Positions 52,934 through 64,000 of a stretch of DNA of 64,000 bases are shown piece after piece. How positions within the stretch are numbered: position 1 is the first letter of the stretch; the number at the start of each line of letters is the position of its first letter. Under the pieces are notes generated by a model. That model was not told where the DNA came from and did no database searches. It worked only from the letters and a program-made list of their open reading frames with translations. Source of the stretch: Escherichia coli (GTDB taxonomy: Bacteria; Pseudomonadota; Gammaproteobacteria; Enterobacterales; Enterobacteriaceae). The DNA lies in the NCBI RefSeq assembly GCF_003334305.1, contig NZ_QOWS01000021.1. One strand, written 5' to 3'. The translations under genes were made by a program, and so were the position numbers.

Positions 52934-54388
52934 TTAACCTATGGTTTTTTGCTCTCCTGTTTTTTCTGCTGTTGTACGTTTCTTTAATAAGGCGTAGGCC
53001 GCAAAGGCGACGATGACGCCGACAAACCATGAAACACGCGATAACGGTTCCATAAAGGGAATAAACTTACCGCCAAGAGATAAAATAACGGCCACCAGAG
53101 TTACTGAAAACGCGGTGAGGTTAAAACCGTTATCGTAATATTTATAATCGCCAGGTGCGGTGTACAGTTCATCAAGATTAATTTGCCCACGCATCACCAC
53201 AAAATAATGTGCCATCATGACACCAATTACCGGACCCAGCATTCCGCCGATGATATCGAGGAACAGATAAATACTGTCCTGATTTTCCATTAATTTCCAC
53301 GGGCAGATCAGCAGGCTGATAATACTGGCAATCAGTACGCCGTTTTTATAGGTCAGTTTTGTCGGTGCAATGGCAGCAATCTGATAACCGGCCGGAATAA
53401 TATTACCGGTGGCGTTAGTGGAAATAGTCGTCATCAGAATAACCAGTACCGCAAAGAACGAGGCAAACAGGCTGTCCCAACGCTGAACAATATCCAGCAC
53501 GTTCCAGGTGTCAGCGCCGTAGTGAATACTGGCTCCGGCAATAATACATACCCCAGCGACCGCAAACAGAATATAGGCCACAACTAAACCCAGCGTTTGC
53601 CCCAGCGCTTGCTCACGAAACGAGTGGGCGTTTTGCGTAAAGTCGGATGCGCTCACCGCCGGTGCCGCCCAGACCGCAACTACCGCGTTAATCACCACCA
53701 GGAACAAGAATCCACTGTTTTCTGCTTTCTGAATACCGCTCGGAATGTAGTCAAAGATTGGACCGATCCCGACCAGTGAAATCGCCCAAATCGCCATGCC
53801 GCCGAAAACGATATAGATGCACGGGTTAAGAATGGCAGTGAATTTATTTAAAACTTTGCCACCGCCAAAACCAATACCAACGTTAACCAGCCAGAAGAGT
53901 AAGAAAGTAATTAAGCCCGGTAGCGAAAGGCCTAACAAGGTAAAATCACCACCGAGAGTTAAAAATCCCGGCCAGATTTTGCCAATCAGGATCAAGCAGG
54001 CCAGTGATCCGGCGTAACATTGCAGGCCAAACCACATAATGGCAGCAATACCACCTCTTAATAATCCGGGAAACAGTGCGCCACGTACGCCGTAAGAAGC
54101 ACGCAGGATCATGGCAAACGGTACGCCGTATTTACTGCCCGCAGCACCGTTTAATACCATTACCGCGGCAATGAAAAAGGCGCTGAGGATAATTGCCAGC
54201 ATAATACTAAAGGTAGACAAGCCGAGAATAAAAAAGCCGCCGACCATCACATAATTGGGAACGTTATGAACCGAACCCATCCATAAGGTAAAATAGTTAA
54301 ATGTTTTCCAGGTCCGCTGGCTTTGCGTTTTCGGCAATAAATCTTCGCTATAGCCGCGTTGCTGGAATAGCTTTCTCTGATGTTCCAT
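52934..54388 (-). CDS. ybbW: Allantoin permease (NCS1 family)
   Basis: 484 aa, polytopic; synteny. Confidence 0.92.
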   Translation of the reverse strand: MEHQRKLFQQRGYSEDLLPKTQSQRTWKTFNYFTLWMGSVHNVPNYVMVGGFFILGLSTFSIMLAIILSAFFIAAVMVLNGAAGSKYGVPFAMILRASYGVRGALFPGLLRGGIAAIMWFGLQCYAGSLACLILIGKIWPGFLTLGGDFTLLGLSLPGLITFLLFWLVNVGIGFGGGKVLNKFTAILNPCIYIVFGGMAIWAISLVGIGPIFDYIPSGIQKAENSGFLFLVVINAVVAVWAAPAVSASDFTQNAHSFREQALGQTLGLVVAYILFAVAGVCIIAGASIHYGADTWNVLDIVQRWDSLFASFFAVLVILMTTISTNATGNIIPAGYQIAAIAPTKLTYKNGVLIASIISLLICPWKLMENQDSIYLFLDIIGGMLGPVIGVMMAHYFVVMRGQINLDELYTAPGDYKYYDNGFNLTAFSVTLVAVILSLGGKFIPFMEPLSRVSWFVGVIVAFAAYALLKKRTTAEKTGEQKTIG

Positions 54389-54557
54389 AAATCCCTCTTA
54401 ATTTCACGTATCGAATAACGTTGTTTTAATCTAGCTATGAGGAACAAATAAAATAAAAAATATTATTTTTAATACTGAAGCAACATCTTTGGCTGCTTTC
54501 TTTTTTAATATTGCTGGCCGATTCATTTTCTGATATCGGCCATTTTTATTGCGGGTA

Positions 54558-55436
54558 TCAGGCCAGTTTATGGTTAGCCATTAATTCCAGCGCCTGCACT
54601 AACGCAGAGTGATCCAACTGGCTGCCACCGTTTGCCGCACAGGTATTAAATAACTCCTGGCAGGTCGCAGTGTTTGGCAGGTTCAGCGCAAGTGCTTTCG
54701 CACTTTGCAGTGCCAGGTTGAGATCTTTCTGGTGCAGAGCGATTTTGAAGCCCGGATTAAAGGTGCGTTTAATCATACGCTCGCCATGAACTTCCAGAAT
54801 ACGTGAGGAAGCAAAGCCGCCCATCAGCGCCTGGCGCACACGTACCGGGTCCGCACCGGCTTTTGAAGCAAATAGCAGGGCTTCAGAAACCGCTTCAATA
54901 TTGAGCGCCACGATAATCTGATTTGCCACTTTGCAGGTTTGACCATCGCCGTTACCGCCCACGAGGGTGATATTTTTACCGAGCAGTTCAAACAGCGGTT
55001 TAACACGTTCAAATACCGCTTCATCACCGCCAACCATAATCGACAACGTCCCTTCACGCGCACCGATTTCACCGCCGGAGACTGGCGCATCGAGATAATC
55101 GCCGCCCAGTTCATTCACCTGACGAGCGAAACGCTTAGTTTCAATCGGGGAAATGGAGCTCATATCAACAATGGTTTTGCCCTTCAGCGAAGTTTTTGCA
55201 CAGCCATTTTCACCAAACAATACTTCTTCAACCTGCGGCGTATCTGGCACCATAATAAAGATAATGTCAGAAGATTCAGTTACCTGGCGCGCAGTTTCAA
55301 CACTGACGGCACCCAGTGACAGTAATTCATCAGCAACCGGTCCAATGGTCGTGACATGCAGTTGATGACCGGCACGCGCCAGATTAATGGCCATCGGTGT
55401 ACCCATAATGCCTAAGCCAATAAATCCCAGTTTCAT
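54558..55436 (-). CDS. glxR: Tartronate semialdehyde reductase
   Basis: 292 aa, MKLGFIGLGIMGTPMAINLARAGH... Confidence 0.95.
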   Translation of the reverse strand: MKLGFIGLGIMGTPMAINLARAGHQLHVTTIGPVADELLSLGAVSVETARQVTESSDIIFIMVPDTPQVEEVLFGENGCAKTSLKGKTIVDMSSISPIETKRFARQVNELGGDYLDAPVSGGEIGAREGTLSIMVGGDEAVFERVKPLFELLGKNITLVGGNGDGQTCKVANQIIVALNIEAVSEALLFASKAGADPVRVRQALMGGFASSRILEVHGERMIKRTFNPGFKIALHQKDLNLALQSAKALALNLPNTATCQELFNTCAANGGSQLDHSALVQALELMANHKLA

Positions 55437-55535
55437 AATTAACCTCTTTTAAATTTCGCTTTTCCTGAATTCAGACAACACGATCCCCTGCCAACTTAGC
55501 GGCCTAAAAAAGCATTGCCTGAACAGCGTTACGTT

Positions 55536-56312
55536 TTAACGGTACGGATCCATCCAGCGTAAACCGGCTTCCGTGGTGGTTTGGGGTGTATATTCACACC
55601 CAACCCAACCGTTGTAGTCAGAATTTTCGATTACCTTAAAGAGATAATCATAATTAATTTCTCCGGTCCCCGGTTCGCCGCGATGCGGATTATCAGCAAT
55701 TTGCAGGTGACCAATTTTATCGGCCCACTGAGTCATGGTGTTGGTTAATTCACCTTCCATCCGCTGCATGTGATAAATGTCATACTGAATTTTCAAATTG
55801 CAGCAACCAACATCATCAATCAATTTCAGCGCCTGCCGAGTTCCGGTGAGATGGAAACCAGGAATATCAAAATGGTTAATAGGTTCAATCAGTAATAAAA
55901 TATCTTCTTTCATCAGCATATTCGCGGCATAACGCAGGTTTTCTACAAGCGTTGCGTGAATCTGTTCACTGCTGAAACCAGCCGGCGTTTTACCGACCAG
56001 ACAGTTAATTTTTTTATTACCCAGCGCACGGGCATAACGAATCGCTGCTGCTACGCCATCCCGAAACTCTTCTTCACGGCCAGTAATACAGGCAATACCG
56101 CGCTCCCCCGCCGCCCAGTCACCTGCCGGTAAATTGTGCAGCGTATGTTCGAGTTTATTACTCGCCAGCACCTGTTTTAATTCTTCAATGTCGTAGTCAT
56201 AAGGAAACATAAATTCAACGCCGCGAAAACCACACTGCGCAGCTTTCTCAAAACGGGCGAGAAAATCATATTCACCAAATAACATCGATAAATTAGCAGA
56301 GAAACGTAACAT
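55536..56312 (-). CDS. hyi: Hydroxypyruvate isomerase
   Basis: 258 aa, MLRFSANLSMLFGEYDFLARFEKAA... Confidence 0.95.
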   Translation of the reverse strand: MLRFSANLSMLFGEYDFLARFEKAAQCGFRGVEFMFPYDYDIEELKQVLASNKLEHTLHNLPAGDWAAGERGIACITGREEEFRDGVAAAIRYARALGNKKINCLVGKTPAGFSSEQIHATLVENLRYAANMLMKEDILLLIEPINHFDIPGFHLTGTRQALKLIDDVGCCNLKIQYDIYHMQRMEGELTNTMTQWADKIGHLQIADNPHRGEPGTGEINYDYLFKVIENSDYNGWVGCEYTPQTTTEAGLRWMDPYR

Positions 56313-56324
56313 TATTTATCTCCC

Positions 56325-58106
56325 TTATTCATAGTGCATGAAGCAGGTTTCAGTCGGTGCGTCCGCTGCGTTATCGGCGATATCTTCAAATTCCATGACG
56401 TTATGCAGTTCGCTGCCCATCGAAATATTGGTCACACGCTCGAGAATAACTTCCACGACTACCGGTACCCGATATTGCGCCATTAAGGCTTTCGCCTGTT
56501 CAAAGGCTGGCGCAATATCTTCCGGTTTGAAGACGCGAATCGCTTTACAACCTAAACCTTCCGCTACTTTTACGTGGTCGACGCCGTAACCGTTCACTTC
56601 GCTGGAGTTGATATTCTCGAAAGCGAGTTGCACGCAGTAGTCCATATCAAACGCGCGCTGCGACTGACGAATCAGCCCCAGATAAGCGTTGTTGACCAGC
56701 ACATGGATGTACGGAATGTTGAACTGCGCGCCAACAGCTAACTCTTCAATCAGGAACTGGAAGTCAAAGTCGCCAGAAATCGCCACCACATTGCGTTTCG
56801 GATCAGCGGCACAAACCCCTAGCGCAGCCGGAATCGTCCAGCCTAACGGACCAGCCTGACCACAGTTGATCCAGTGGCGGTCTTTAAAGACATGCAGCAT
56901 TTGCGCAGCGGCAATTTGCGACAGACCAATGGTGGTGACATAGCAAACATCGCGACCAAAGGCTTTGTTCATCTCTTCATACACGCGCTGCGGTTTCACC
57001 GGCACGTTGTCGAAATGGGTTTTGCGCAGCAAAGTGCGTTTGCGCTGCTGGCAGTCGGCGACCCATTCTTTACGACACGGCAGACGACCCGCTTTTTGCA
57101 TCTCCTGCGCCACTTCAACCAGCAGTGTCAGCGCCGCTTTAGCATCAGAGACAATGCCGAGATCCGGACACAGCACGCGACCAATTTGCGTCGGCTCAAT
57201 ATCGATATGAACGATTTTGCGCCCTTCGGTGTATTTCTCTACCGAACCGGTATGACGGTTAGCAAAACGGTTACCGATACCAAACACCATGTCGGACGCC
57301 AGCAACGTTGCGTTACCGTAACGATGCGCGGTTTGCAGACCCACCATCCCGGCCATCAGTTCATGATCGTCCGGGATACAGCCCCAGCCCATCAGCGTTG
57401 GGATCACCGGAACGCTGGTCAGTTCAGCAAACTGTTGTAACAGTGCAGCTGCGTCAGCATTAATTACCCCGCCCCCGGCAACAATCACCGGACGTTCGGC
57501 CTGGATTAACATTTCTACAGCTTTTTCGATCTGCATACGGCTGGCAGCAGGTTTGTAGACCGGCAGCGGTTCGTACATGTCAGGATCAAACTCGATTTCC
57601 GCAACCTGAACGTCGAACGGTAAATCCACCAGTACCGGACCCGGACGACCAGAACGCATCAGGTGAAATGCCTGTTGCAGCACGCGAGGCACCAGCGCCG
57701 CTTCACGAACTGTAACCGCCATTTTGCTGACCGGTTTAGCAATTGCTTCAATATCTACGGCCTGAAAATCTTCTTTATGCAGACGGGCGCGCGGTGCCTG
57801 GCCGGTAATGCACAGAATAGGAATGGAATCAGCAGAAGCGGAATAGAGCGCGGTGATCATGTCCGTGCCCGCAGGACCGGAAGTCCCCAGACATACGCCG
57901 ATATTTCCTGCCGTTGCGCGGGTATAACCTTCCGCCATGTGCGAAGCACCTTCCACATGACGCGCCAGAATGTGACGAATACCGCCGTGCTTACGCATCG
58001 CTGAGTAGAACGGATTGATTGCAGCTCCCGGAACACCGAAGGCGGTGGTGATACCTTCTTTCTCCAGCACATACATTGCCGCGTCAACGGCTCTCATTTT
58101 TGCCAT
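56325..58106 (-). CDS. gcl: Glyoxylate carboligase
   Basis: 593 aa from [24 protein letters not shown]...; ThDP enzyme. Confidence 0.96.
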   Translation of the reverse strand: MAKMRAVDAAMYVLEKEGITTAFGVPGAAINPFYSAMRKHGGIRHILARHVEGASHMAEGYTRATAGNIGVCLGTSGPAGTDMITALYSASADSIPILCITGQAPRARLHKEDFQAVDIEAIAKPVSKMAVTVREAALVPRVLQQAFHLMRSGRPGPVLVDLPFDVQVAEIEFDPDMYEPLPVYKPAASRMQIEKAVEMLIQAERPVIVAGGGVINADAAALLQQFAELTSVPVIPTLMGWGCIPDDHELMAGMVGLQTAHRYGNATLLASDMVFGIGNRFANRHTGSVEKYTEGRKIVHIDIEPTQIGRVLCPDLGIVSDAKAALTLLVEVAQEMQKAGRLPCRKEWVADCQQRKRTLLRKTHFDNVPVKPQRVYEEMNKAFGRDVCYVTTIGLSQIAAAQMLHVFKDRHWINCGQAGPLGWTIPAALGVCAADPKRNVVAISGDFDFQFLIEELAVGAQFNIPYIHVLVNNAYLGLIRQSQRAFDMDYCVQLAFENINSSEVNGYGVDHVKVAEGLGCKAIRVFKPEDIAPAFEQAKALMAQYRVPVVVEVILERVTNISMGSELHNVMEFEDIADNAADAPTETCFMHYE

Positions 58107-58126
58107 TTTATTCCTACCTTTATTTA

Positions 58127-58143
58127 TTGGAAAATTTTTCCAA
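58127..58143. promoter_or_regulatory. AllR operator in the gcl promoter region
   Basis: Palindrome TTGGAAAATTTTTCCAA. A TTGACA -35-like hexamer lies on the minus strand at 58160-58155. Confidence 0.7.
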
Positions 58144-58158
58144 CTTTCAAATTTTGTC

Positions 58159-58183
58159 AAAAAAACCCGCTCCGCAGAGCGGG
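58159..58183 (-). terminator. allR intrinsic terminator
   Basis: Minus strand: CCCGCTC-TGCG-GAGCGGG followed by TTTTTTT. Confidence 0.8.
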
Positions 58184-58195
58184 ATGCGACAGACA

Positions 58196-59011
58196 TTATG
58201 GATGTGCTTTCAGTCCCAACGCCGTGCTGATATCGCGGGCGGTGTCTCTGACCAGCTCACCCTGACTGACAAAACGATCTTCTGTCAGTCTTGATGAAGG
58301 CCCGGAGATGGAGATAGCGGCAACAACACTACCTACATCATCGTAAATTGCTGAAGCTAAGCAATTCAGACCTACAACATGCTCTTCTTTATCTACGGTA
58401 TAGCCCAGTTCACGCGCTTGTTCCAGGTCCTTCAGCAAGGTGGGCATATCCACAAGCGTAGTTGGCGTAAACTGCTGCAAACCGGTTTGCAGAATGATGC
58501 TCATCAACTCCTCTTCCGCCAGCGGATAAAGCAGCGCTTTGCCCGCACCGGAAGCATGCAGCGGCAGACGACTGCCCAGTGGCGCACACATCCTGACCAT
58601 CGATTTACACTCTAACTGACCAATTAATACCGCTTCATTGCCGTTACGGATCGCGACATTGACCGTTTCGCCGGAAAGTAACATCAGGCGGCGCATAAAC
58701 GGCCCGGCGACGGAGAGGACATCGCGGTTATGGATGTACGCTGCACCGACGTTAAAGACACCTAATCCTATATGCCACCAGCCTAATTGACTGTCCTGAT
58801 AGACAAAATCCGCTGCCTGTAAAACCTTCAGCAAGCGAAAGGTCGTGGAGAGCGGCAAATCCAGATTGAGAGAAATATCGCTAACCGACGAGCTTCCCCC
58901 ACTTTTTTCCAGATATTGCAGAATCGCAATTCCCCGCTCTAACGCCTGTGCGCCCTTCTGTGCCACAGGCTCCGCCTGTCCTGGCCTGCCGCGCCGTCTA
59001 ACTTCCGTCAT
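58196..59011 (-). CDS. allR: AllR, IclR-family repressor of the allantoin regulon
   Basis: 271 aa, [27 protein letters not shown]... Confidence 0.95.
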   Translation of the reverse strand: MTEVRRRGRPGQAEPVAQKGAQALERGIAILQYLEKSGGSSSVSDISLNLDLPLSTTFRLLKVLQAADFVYQDSQLGWWHIGLGVFNVGAAYIHNRDVLSVAGPFMRRLMLLSGETVNVAIRNGNEAVLIGQLECKSMVRMCAPLGSRLPLHASGAGKALLYPLAEEELMSIILQTGLQQFTPTTLVDMPTLLKDLEQARELGYTVDKEEHVVGLNCLASAIYDDVGSVVAAISISGPSSRLTEDRFVSQGELVRDTARDISTALGLKAHP

Positions 59012-59088
59012 ACCTACGTTAACTCCGACCTACAAGTGAGCATAAACAATGAACAATTAGTTTATCTTATGCAAGTCGGTTGCAGGCG

Positions 59089-59571
59089 TCACGCAAAACA
59101 GAGTTCCTGTTCAGGAATACTTTCAACATCACAGTTGTCACTGCCGCCGCGATCGATGGTCAGAAAATCGGTGACGCGCTGCCAGGCGAAAAGTGGGTGA
59201 TGCCAGACGTTACGATGGTAATTCACTCCCTGTTCGCCGTTGGTGATAAACGCCCGCAGCGTTGACAGGTCTGGTTTGTCGTCGCCTAACGCCACGACCA
59301 CCACAAACACTTCACCTTTCATCGGGATAAAGGCCTGAGTGCCCAGCGGATGACGTTCGAGTTCGTGAATGGTCAGCGGCAGATTCGCCGGTTGCGCGCG
59401 GTTAATGCTGATAAGCGTACGGTCTTGCTCAAGAATCTCAACCAGCGCCAAATCGTGGTAACGCTCCACCAGGCCATTGTTAATATGGAAAAAATCCCGT
59501 TGCTGCGTTTCGATTACGTCGCCATAAGCACTAAAGGCTTCCTGACTTAACGGTAATACCTGAAGTTTCAT
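59089..59571 (-). CDS. allA: Ureidoglycolate lyase
   Basis: 160 aa, [26 protein letters not shown]... Confidence 0.95.
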
Positions 59572-59676
59572 CTTTTTGTCCTTGTAACATAATTCCGTTC
59601 AACCAGCGCCGACCGGTCAGCTTGGTTTCAATAACAGGCAATCTAAAACCTTAAGAGAACAACATCAATACAAAAG

Positions 59677-59693
59677 TTGGAATATTTTTCCAA
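59677..59693. promoter_or_regulatory. AllR operator in the allA-allS divergent intergenic region
   Basis: TTGGAATATTTTTCCAA, near-identical to the gcl-proximal palindrome. Confidence 0.7.
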
Positions 59694-59800
59694 AACTAGA
59701 TTTAGTCCACAAATTGAACAGGGTTATCATGTAAAAATACTGATAAATCAGAGGATAAGAAAATCACGCAACTTGCGGATTTAAAAGGGGATACCTGAAG

Positions 59801-60727
59801 ATGTTCGATCCAGAAACCTTGCGGACTTTCATTGCGGTTGCTGAAACAGGAAGTTTTTCAAAAGCGGCAGAACGATTATGTAAAACCACGGCGACGATCA
59901 GTTATCGCATTAAACTTCTGGAAGAGAATACCGGAGTAGCGCTGTTTTTCCGTACGACTCGTAGCGTAACGTTGACAGCGGCTGGCGAGCATCTACTTTC
60001 CCAGGCCAGAGACTGGCTGAGCTGGCTGGAAAGTATGCCAAGCGAGCTGCAACAGGTGAATGATGGCGTGGAACGCCAGGTGAATATTGTCATCAACAAC
60101 CTGCTCTACAACCCCCAGGCCGTCGCCCAGTTGCTGGCGTGGCTGAATGAACGTTACCCCTTTACCCAGTTTCACATCTCCCGACAAATCTATATGGGCG
60201 TCTGGGATTCGCTATTGTACGAAGGTTTTTCACTGGCTATCGGCGTCACGGGAACCGAGGCGCTGGCAAATACCTTTAGTCTTGATCCCTTAGGATCGGT
60301 GCAATGGCGCTTTGTCATGGCGGCGGATCATCCGCTGGCGAACGTTGAAGAGCCGCTAACAGAAGCGCAGTTGCGGCGCTTTCCGGCGGTCAATATTGAA
60401 GACAGCGCCCGCACCTTAACCAAACGCGTCGCCTGGCGATTGCCAGGGCAAAAAGAGATTATTGTTCCTGATATGGAAACGAAAATCGCCGCCCATCTTG
60501 CGGGCGTTGGCATTGGTTTTTTGCCAAAATCGCTTTGCCAGTCAATGATCGATAATCAACAACTGGTTAGCCGGGTAATCCCAACGATGCGCCCTCCTTC
60601 GCCATTGAGTCTGGCATGGCGCAAATTTGGCAGCGGCAAAGCGGTAGAAGATATTGTGACCTTGTTTACCCAGCGCAGGCCGGAAATCAGCGGATTTTTA
60701 GAAATTTTCGGCAACCCACGCAGTTAA
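59801..60727 (+). CDS. allS: AllS, LysR-family activator of allDCE
   Basis: 308 aa, [26 protein letters not shown]... Confidence 0.95.
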
Positions 60728-60780
60728 AAATCAAGTTTCCTTGCGCGTTGGCGCGTAAAATAGCGCGCAAGCTGATTTGA

Positions 60781-61890
<1,110 letters not shown>

Positions 61891-62005
61891 TGAGGGACGT
61901 ATTTGTATTAGTCGCGACTTGATCTGACACATGGCCTTGAAAGGTTGAGAGTTACCGGTTTTGATATGAGTGTCGAATCCTTATCCAAAACAAGAGGTAA
62001 CTCTC

Positions 62006-62440
62006 ATGCTTCATACTGCCAATCCCGTCATCAAACACAAAGCCGGTTTGCTCAATCTGGCTGAAGAACTCAGCAACGTATCAAAAGCCTGTAAAATCAT
62101 GGGCGTTTCGCGTGATACGTTTTATCGTTACCGCGAACTGGTCGCTGAAGGCGGTGTGGATGCGCAGATTAATCGTAGTCGCCGCGCTCCTAACCTTAAG
62201 AACCGTACCGATGAGGCAACTGAACAGGCTGTTGTTGATTACGCCGTCGCTTTCCCGACACATGGTCAGCACCGGGCCAGCAACGAGCTGCGTAAACAGG
62301 GGGTTTTTATCTCCGACAGTGGTGTCCGTTCTGTCTGGTTACTCCATAACCTTGAGAATCTCAAAAGACGATACTGAACAAATTTTATCAGGTGACGTTC
62401 CGTAAAAAGTTGTATGGAGTTCTCGATGCAGTCGGCGCGA
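62006..62440 (+). pseudogene. Decayed IS transposase (HTH N-terminal ~120 aa, catalytic core deleted, short out-of-frame C-terminal remnant)
   Basis: MLHTANPVIKHKAGLLNLAEELSNVSKACKIMGVSRDTFYRYRELVAEGG... is a typical rve-type transposase N-terminus. After the stop at 62377 another frame reads ...KFYQVTFRKKLYG, which is transposase C-terminal-like. No DDE core lies between. Confidence 0.5.
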
Positions 62441-62891
62441 CTATCAGTACCCCCGCTGAACCCTGGACTATCGGGCCGCCGTACTGGGGCATGTCACCCT
62501 GGCGTGCCGCTGGTTTTCCGCTAATGGTTTATTTCCTCTTTCTTTCCCGGCAAGAATTTATTTTAATCCGGAAGGATTATTTATTTTCAGATAGGGACTC
62601 ACATTAAACACGTAACATTTTAATTAATGCATGGCTGAATATGTATTACACAATGTCAGATATCGTAAAAGACCAGTGCAATTCTATGTAAACTCTCTGA
62701 CTGTTCATTTTATTTGTTGTTTCAGGGTCGGAACTCACCCTCAATAAACAACTGAATACGAGTAGATATTCATCGTCTGAGCTATATGGCTTTACACAAT
62801 AGCCGACATGTCTTTTCTCAGTCAGGAATTTTACTTTTCCTCACTACGAAGTTGACGACTTCGATATGGGATAGACTCTTAATTCAAGCAA

Positions 62892-63383
62892 TTACTCTGC
62901 ACAAGCATCAGGCAATCCAGCTCCAATATTTGTTATAAAATAATGCGTAACATTAATTTCACCAACAAAAAAAAGGTTTACACCATCCCCTTGCCCTGGT
63001 ATCTTACCATATTTACACCACACTTTTTTTGTATCTGGATCATTCTTTGATACGATTTTCGCCACTTGTTCCCTGGCCCTCACTGTCAATGTTTTCTTAA
63101 ACCTACCCCCATCATCATTTGTTAGGGAAAAATAAGAAAAAAAATAATCATCTTCTACATTTGTGTATATTGATATATCCACCGCTACGTGCGGAAAAAA
63201 ATCTGGGAGCCATGTAAAAACTCCATCATTTTCTGGTATTGCCATATAGTTTATGTAATGTTTACTTACAAGAGATTCATCTTTGTATAAATAAAGATAA
63301 GTAATTACGCATAAAACAACAATGATTATAATAGCAAAAATAAATATTATCATCTTTGATAGATTACTTGAGATAGCCAGCAT
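62892..63383 (-). CDS. Candidate Rhs-toxin immunity protein (N-terminal TM helix + soluble domain)
   Basis: 163-aa AT-rich ORF overlapping the 3' end of the rhs toxin tip by 20 nt. No family recognised. Confidence 0.55.
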   Translation of the reverse strand: MLAISSNLSKMIIFIFAIIIIVVLCVITYLYLYKDESLVSKHYINYMAIPENDGVFTWLPDFFPHVAVDISIYTNVEDDYFFSYFSLTNDDGGRFKKTLTVRAREQVAKIVSKNDPDTKKVWCKYGKIPGQGDGVNLFFVGEINVTHYFITNIGAGLPDACAE

Positions 63384-64000
63384 CTTGTAAAGCCTTTATC
63401 GTTTTTTTATGCTCTGGATTAATATAATCACTACATCTATCTGAGCAATCTGTTGTTGATGGACATGTCAACCCATGGTCATTTACAGCCAAGTCTTTTT
63501 TATTATCTTCAATCATTTCAGAATGGGATAGCTTTACTTTTCTGCCGTACATACCGAACAGATTTAACCCGTAATCTCTAATCTCTTTTTCATAACCCAG
63601 CCCTTTCGCCGATCGGCTAACACCAGCGTCATTTAATTTAGACACTCGACAAAATGCCATACAATGGAAAAATTGATCAGTCCCACCTAAATTTAATCTC
63701 TTCATATCTTCATAAGTATCAGATAATATATCCCATGCTCTTTGATGGTTTAGTTGATCTTTTCTTCTTATTAGCGCTACATCTGCGGGACTTAACCCTA
63801 ATGGATCAATACCATTCACCGGATTCAGCGGGTACGCATACAGACTCCATCCCCCCCTCCAGCCCTATCGGGTCCTGAGTGATATACCGCCCCTGCAACG
63901 GATCGTAGTACCGGTTCCGGTTGTAGTACAGCCCCGACTCCTTATCATACTGCTGCCCCGGCAGCCGGTACGGCTGGTGCAGGTGATGCGGGTTCTCCTC
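63364..64000 (-). pseudogene. rhs-family gene 3' end: conserved core C-terminus + variable C-terminal toxin tip, split by a 1-nt frameshift in a C7/G7 run (63851-63857)
   Basis: One frame from 64000 reads [50 protein letters not shown] and then hits a stop at 63808-63806. The next frame continues [25 protein letters not shown]... to 63364. DPxGL is the Rhs core/tip boundary motif. Confidence 0.7.

Noticed and set aside
62392-62607. 71-aa plus-strand ORF after the transposase fragment
   Set aside because: It begins within the out-of-frame transposase C-terminal remnant and continues into AT-rich spacer. It is most likely decay debris.

Overview
Escherichia coli chromosomal window, reverse-complemented relative to the K-12 map. 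Identifications rest on reading the sequence and ORF track against my recall of lambda and K-12 proteins; no searches were run. (1) Positions 1-27303 are the right-hand ~27 kb of an apparently intact lambdoid prophage integrated at tRNA-Arg argU, the DLP12 site. On the minus strand it has lambda-type tail, head and terminase genes (G, V, U, Z, FII, FI, E, D, C/Nu3, B, W, A, Nu1), then cos. Next come bor and Rz/Rz1, a phage-21-type SAR endolysin and pinholin, an intact nmpC/Lc-type porin moron, a Q21/QuuD-type antiterminator and a DLP12-like nin region (ylcG, rusA, ybcO, ninE, ybcN/ninB). Replication uses chimeric O and P genes with a 5-iteron ori. The immunity region is of the YdaS/YdaT type, with an S24 cI-like repressor. 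The early-left operon carries gam, bet, exo, a TraR-like gene, xis and int. (2) Positions 27304-64000 are core chromosome: argU, fimZ, sfmFHDCA, folD, ybcJ, ybcI, cysS, ppiB, lpxH, purEK, a REP cluster, ybcF-ylbF-ylbE-fdrA, allDCE, glxK, ybbY, allB, ybbW, glxR, hyi, gcl, allR, allA, allS and selU(ybbB). It ends with a decayed IS transposase and the 3' end of an rhs gene with its toxin tip and candidate immunity gene. The two best candidates for an undescribed system are AT-rich two-gene cassettes in the prophage. (a) 20474-22122 sits directly after cI in the slot where lambda carries rexAB. It encodes an HTH + HEXXH ImmA/IrrE-like metallopeptidase translationally coupled to a PIN-like (DUF4411-like) protein. 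(b) 16137-16939 lies between ninB and P on the opposite strand and encodes a small soluble protein coupled to a 3-TM membrane protein. Other notable points: no recognisable N gene (an Arg-rich ORF and a structured PL leader instead), a single-base frameshift in a homopolymer at the rhs core/toxin junction, and an intact ylbE.
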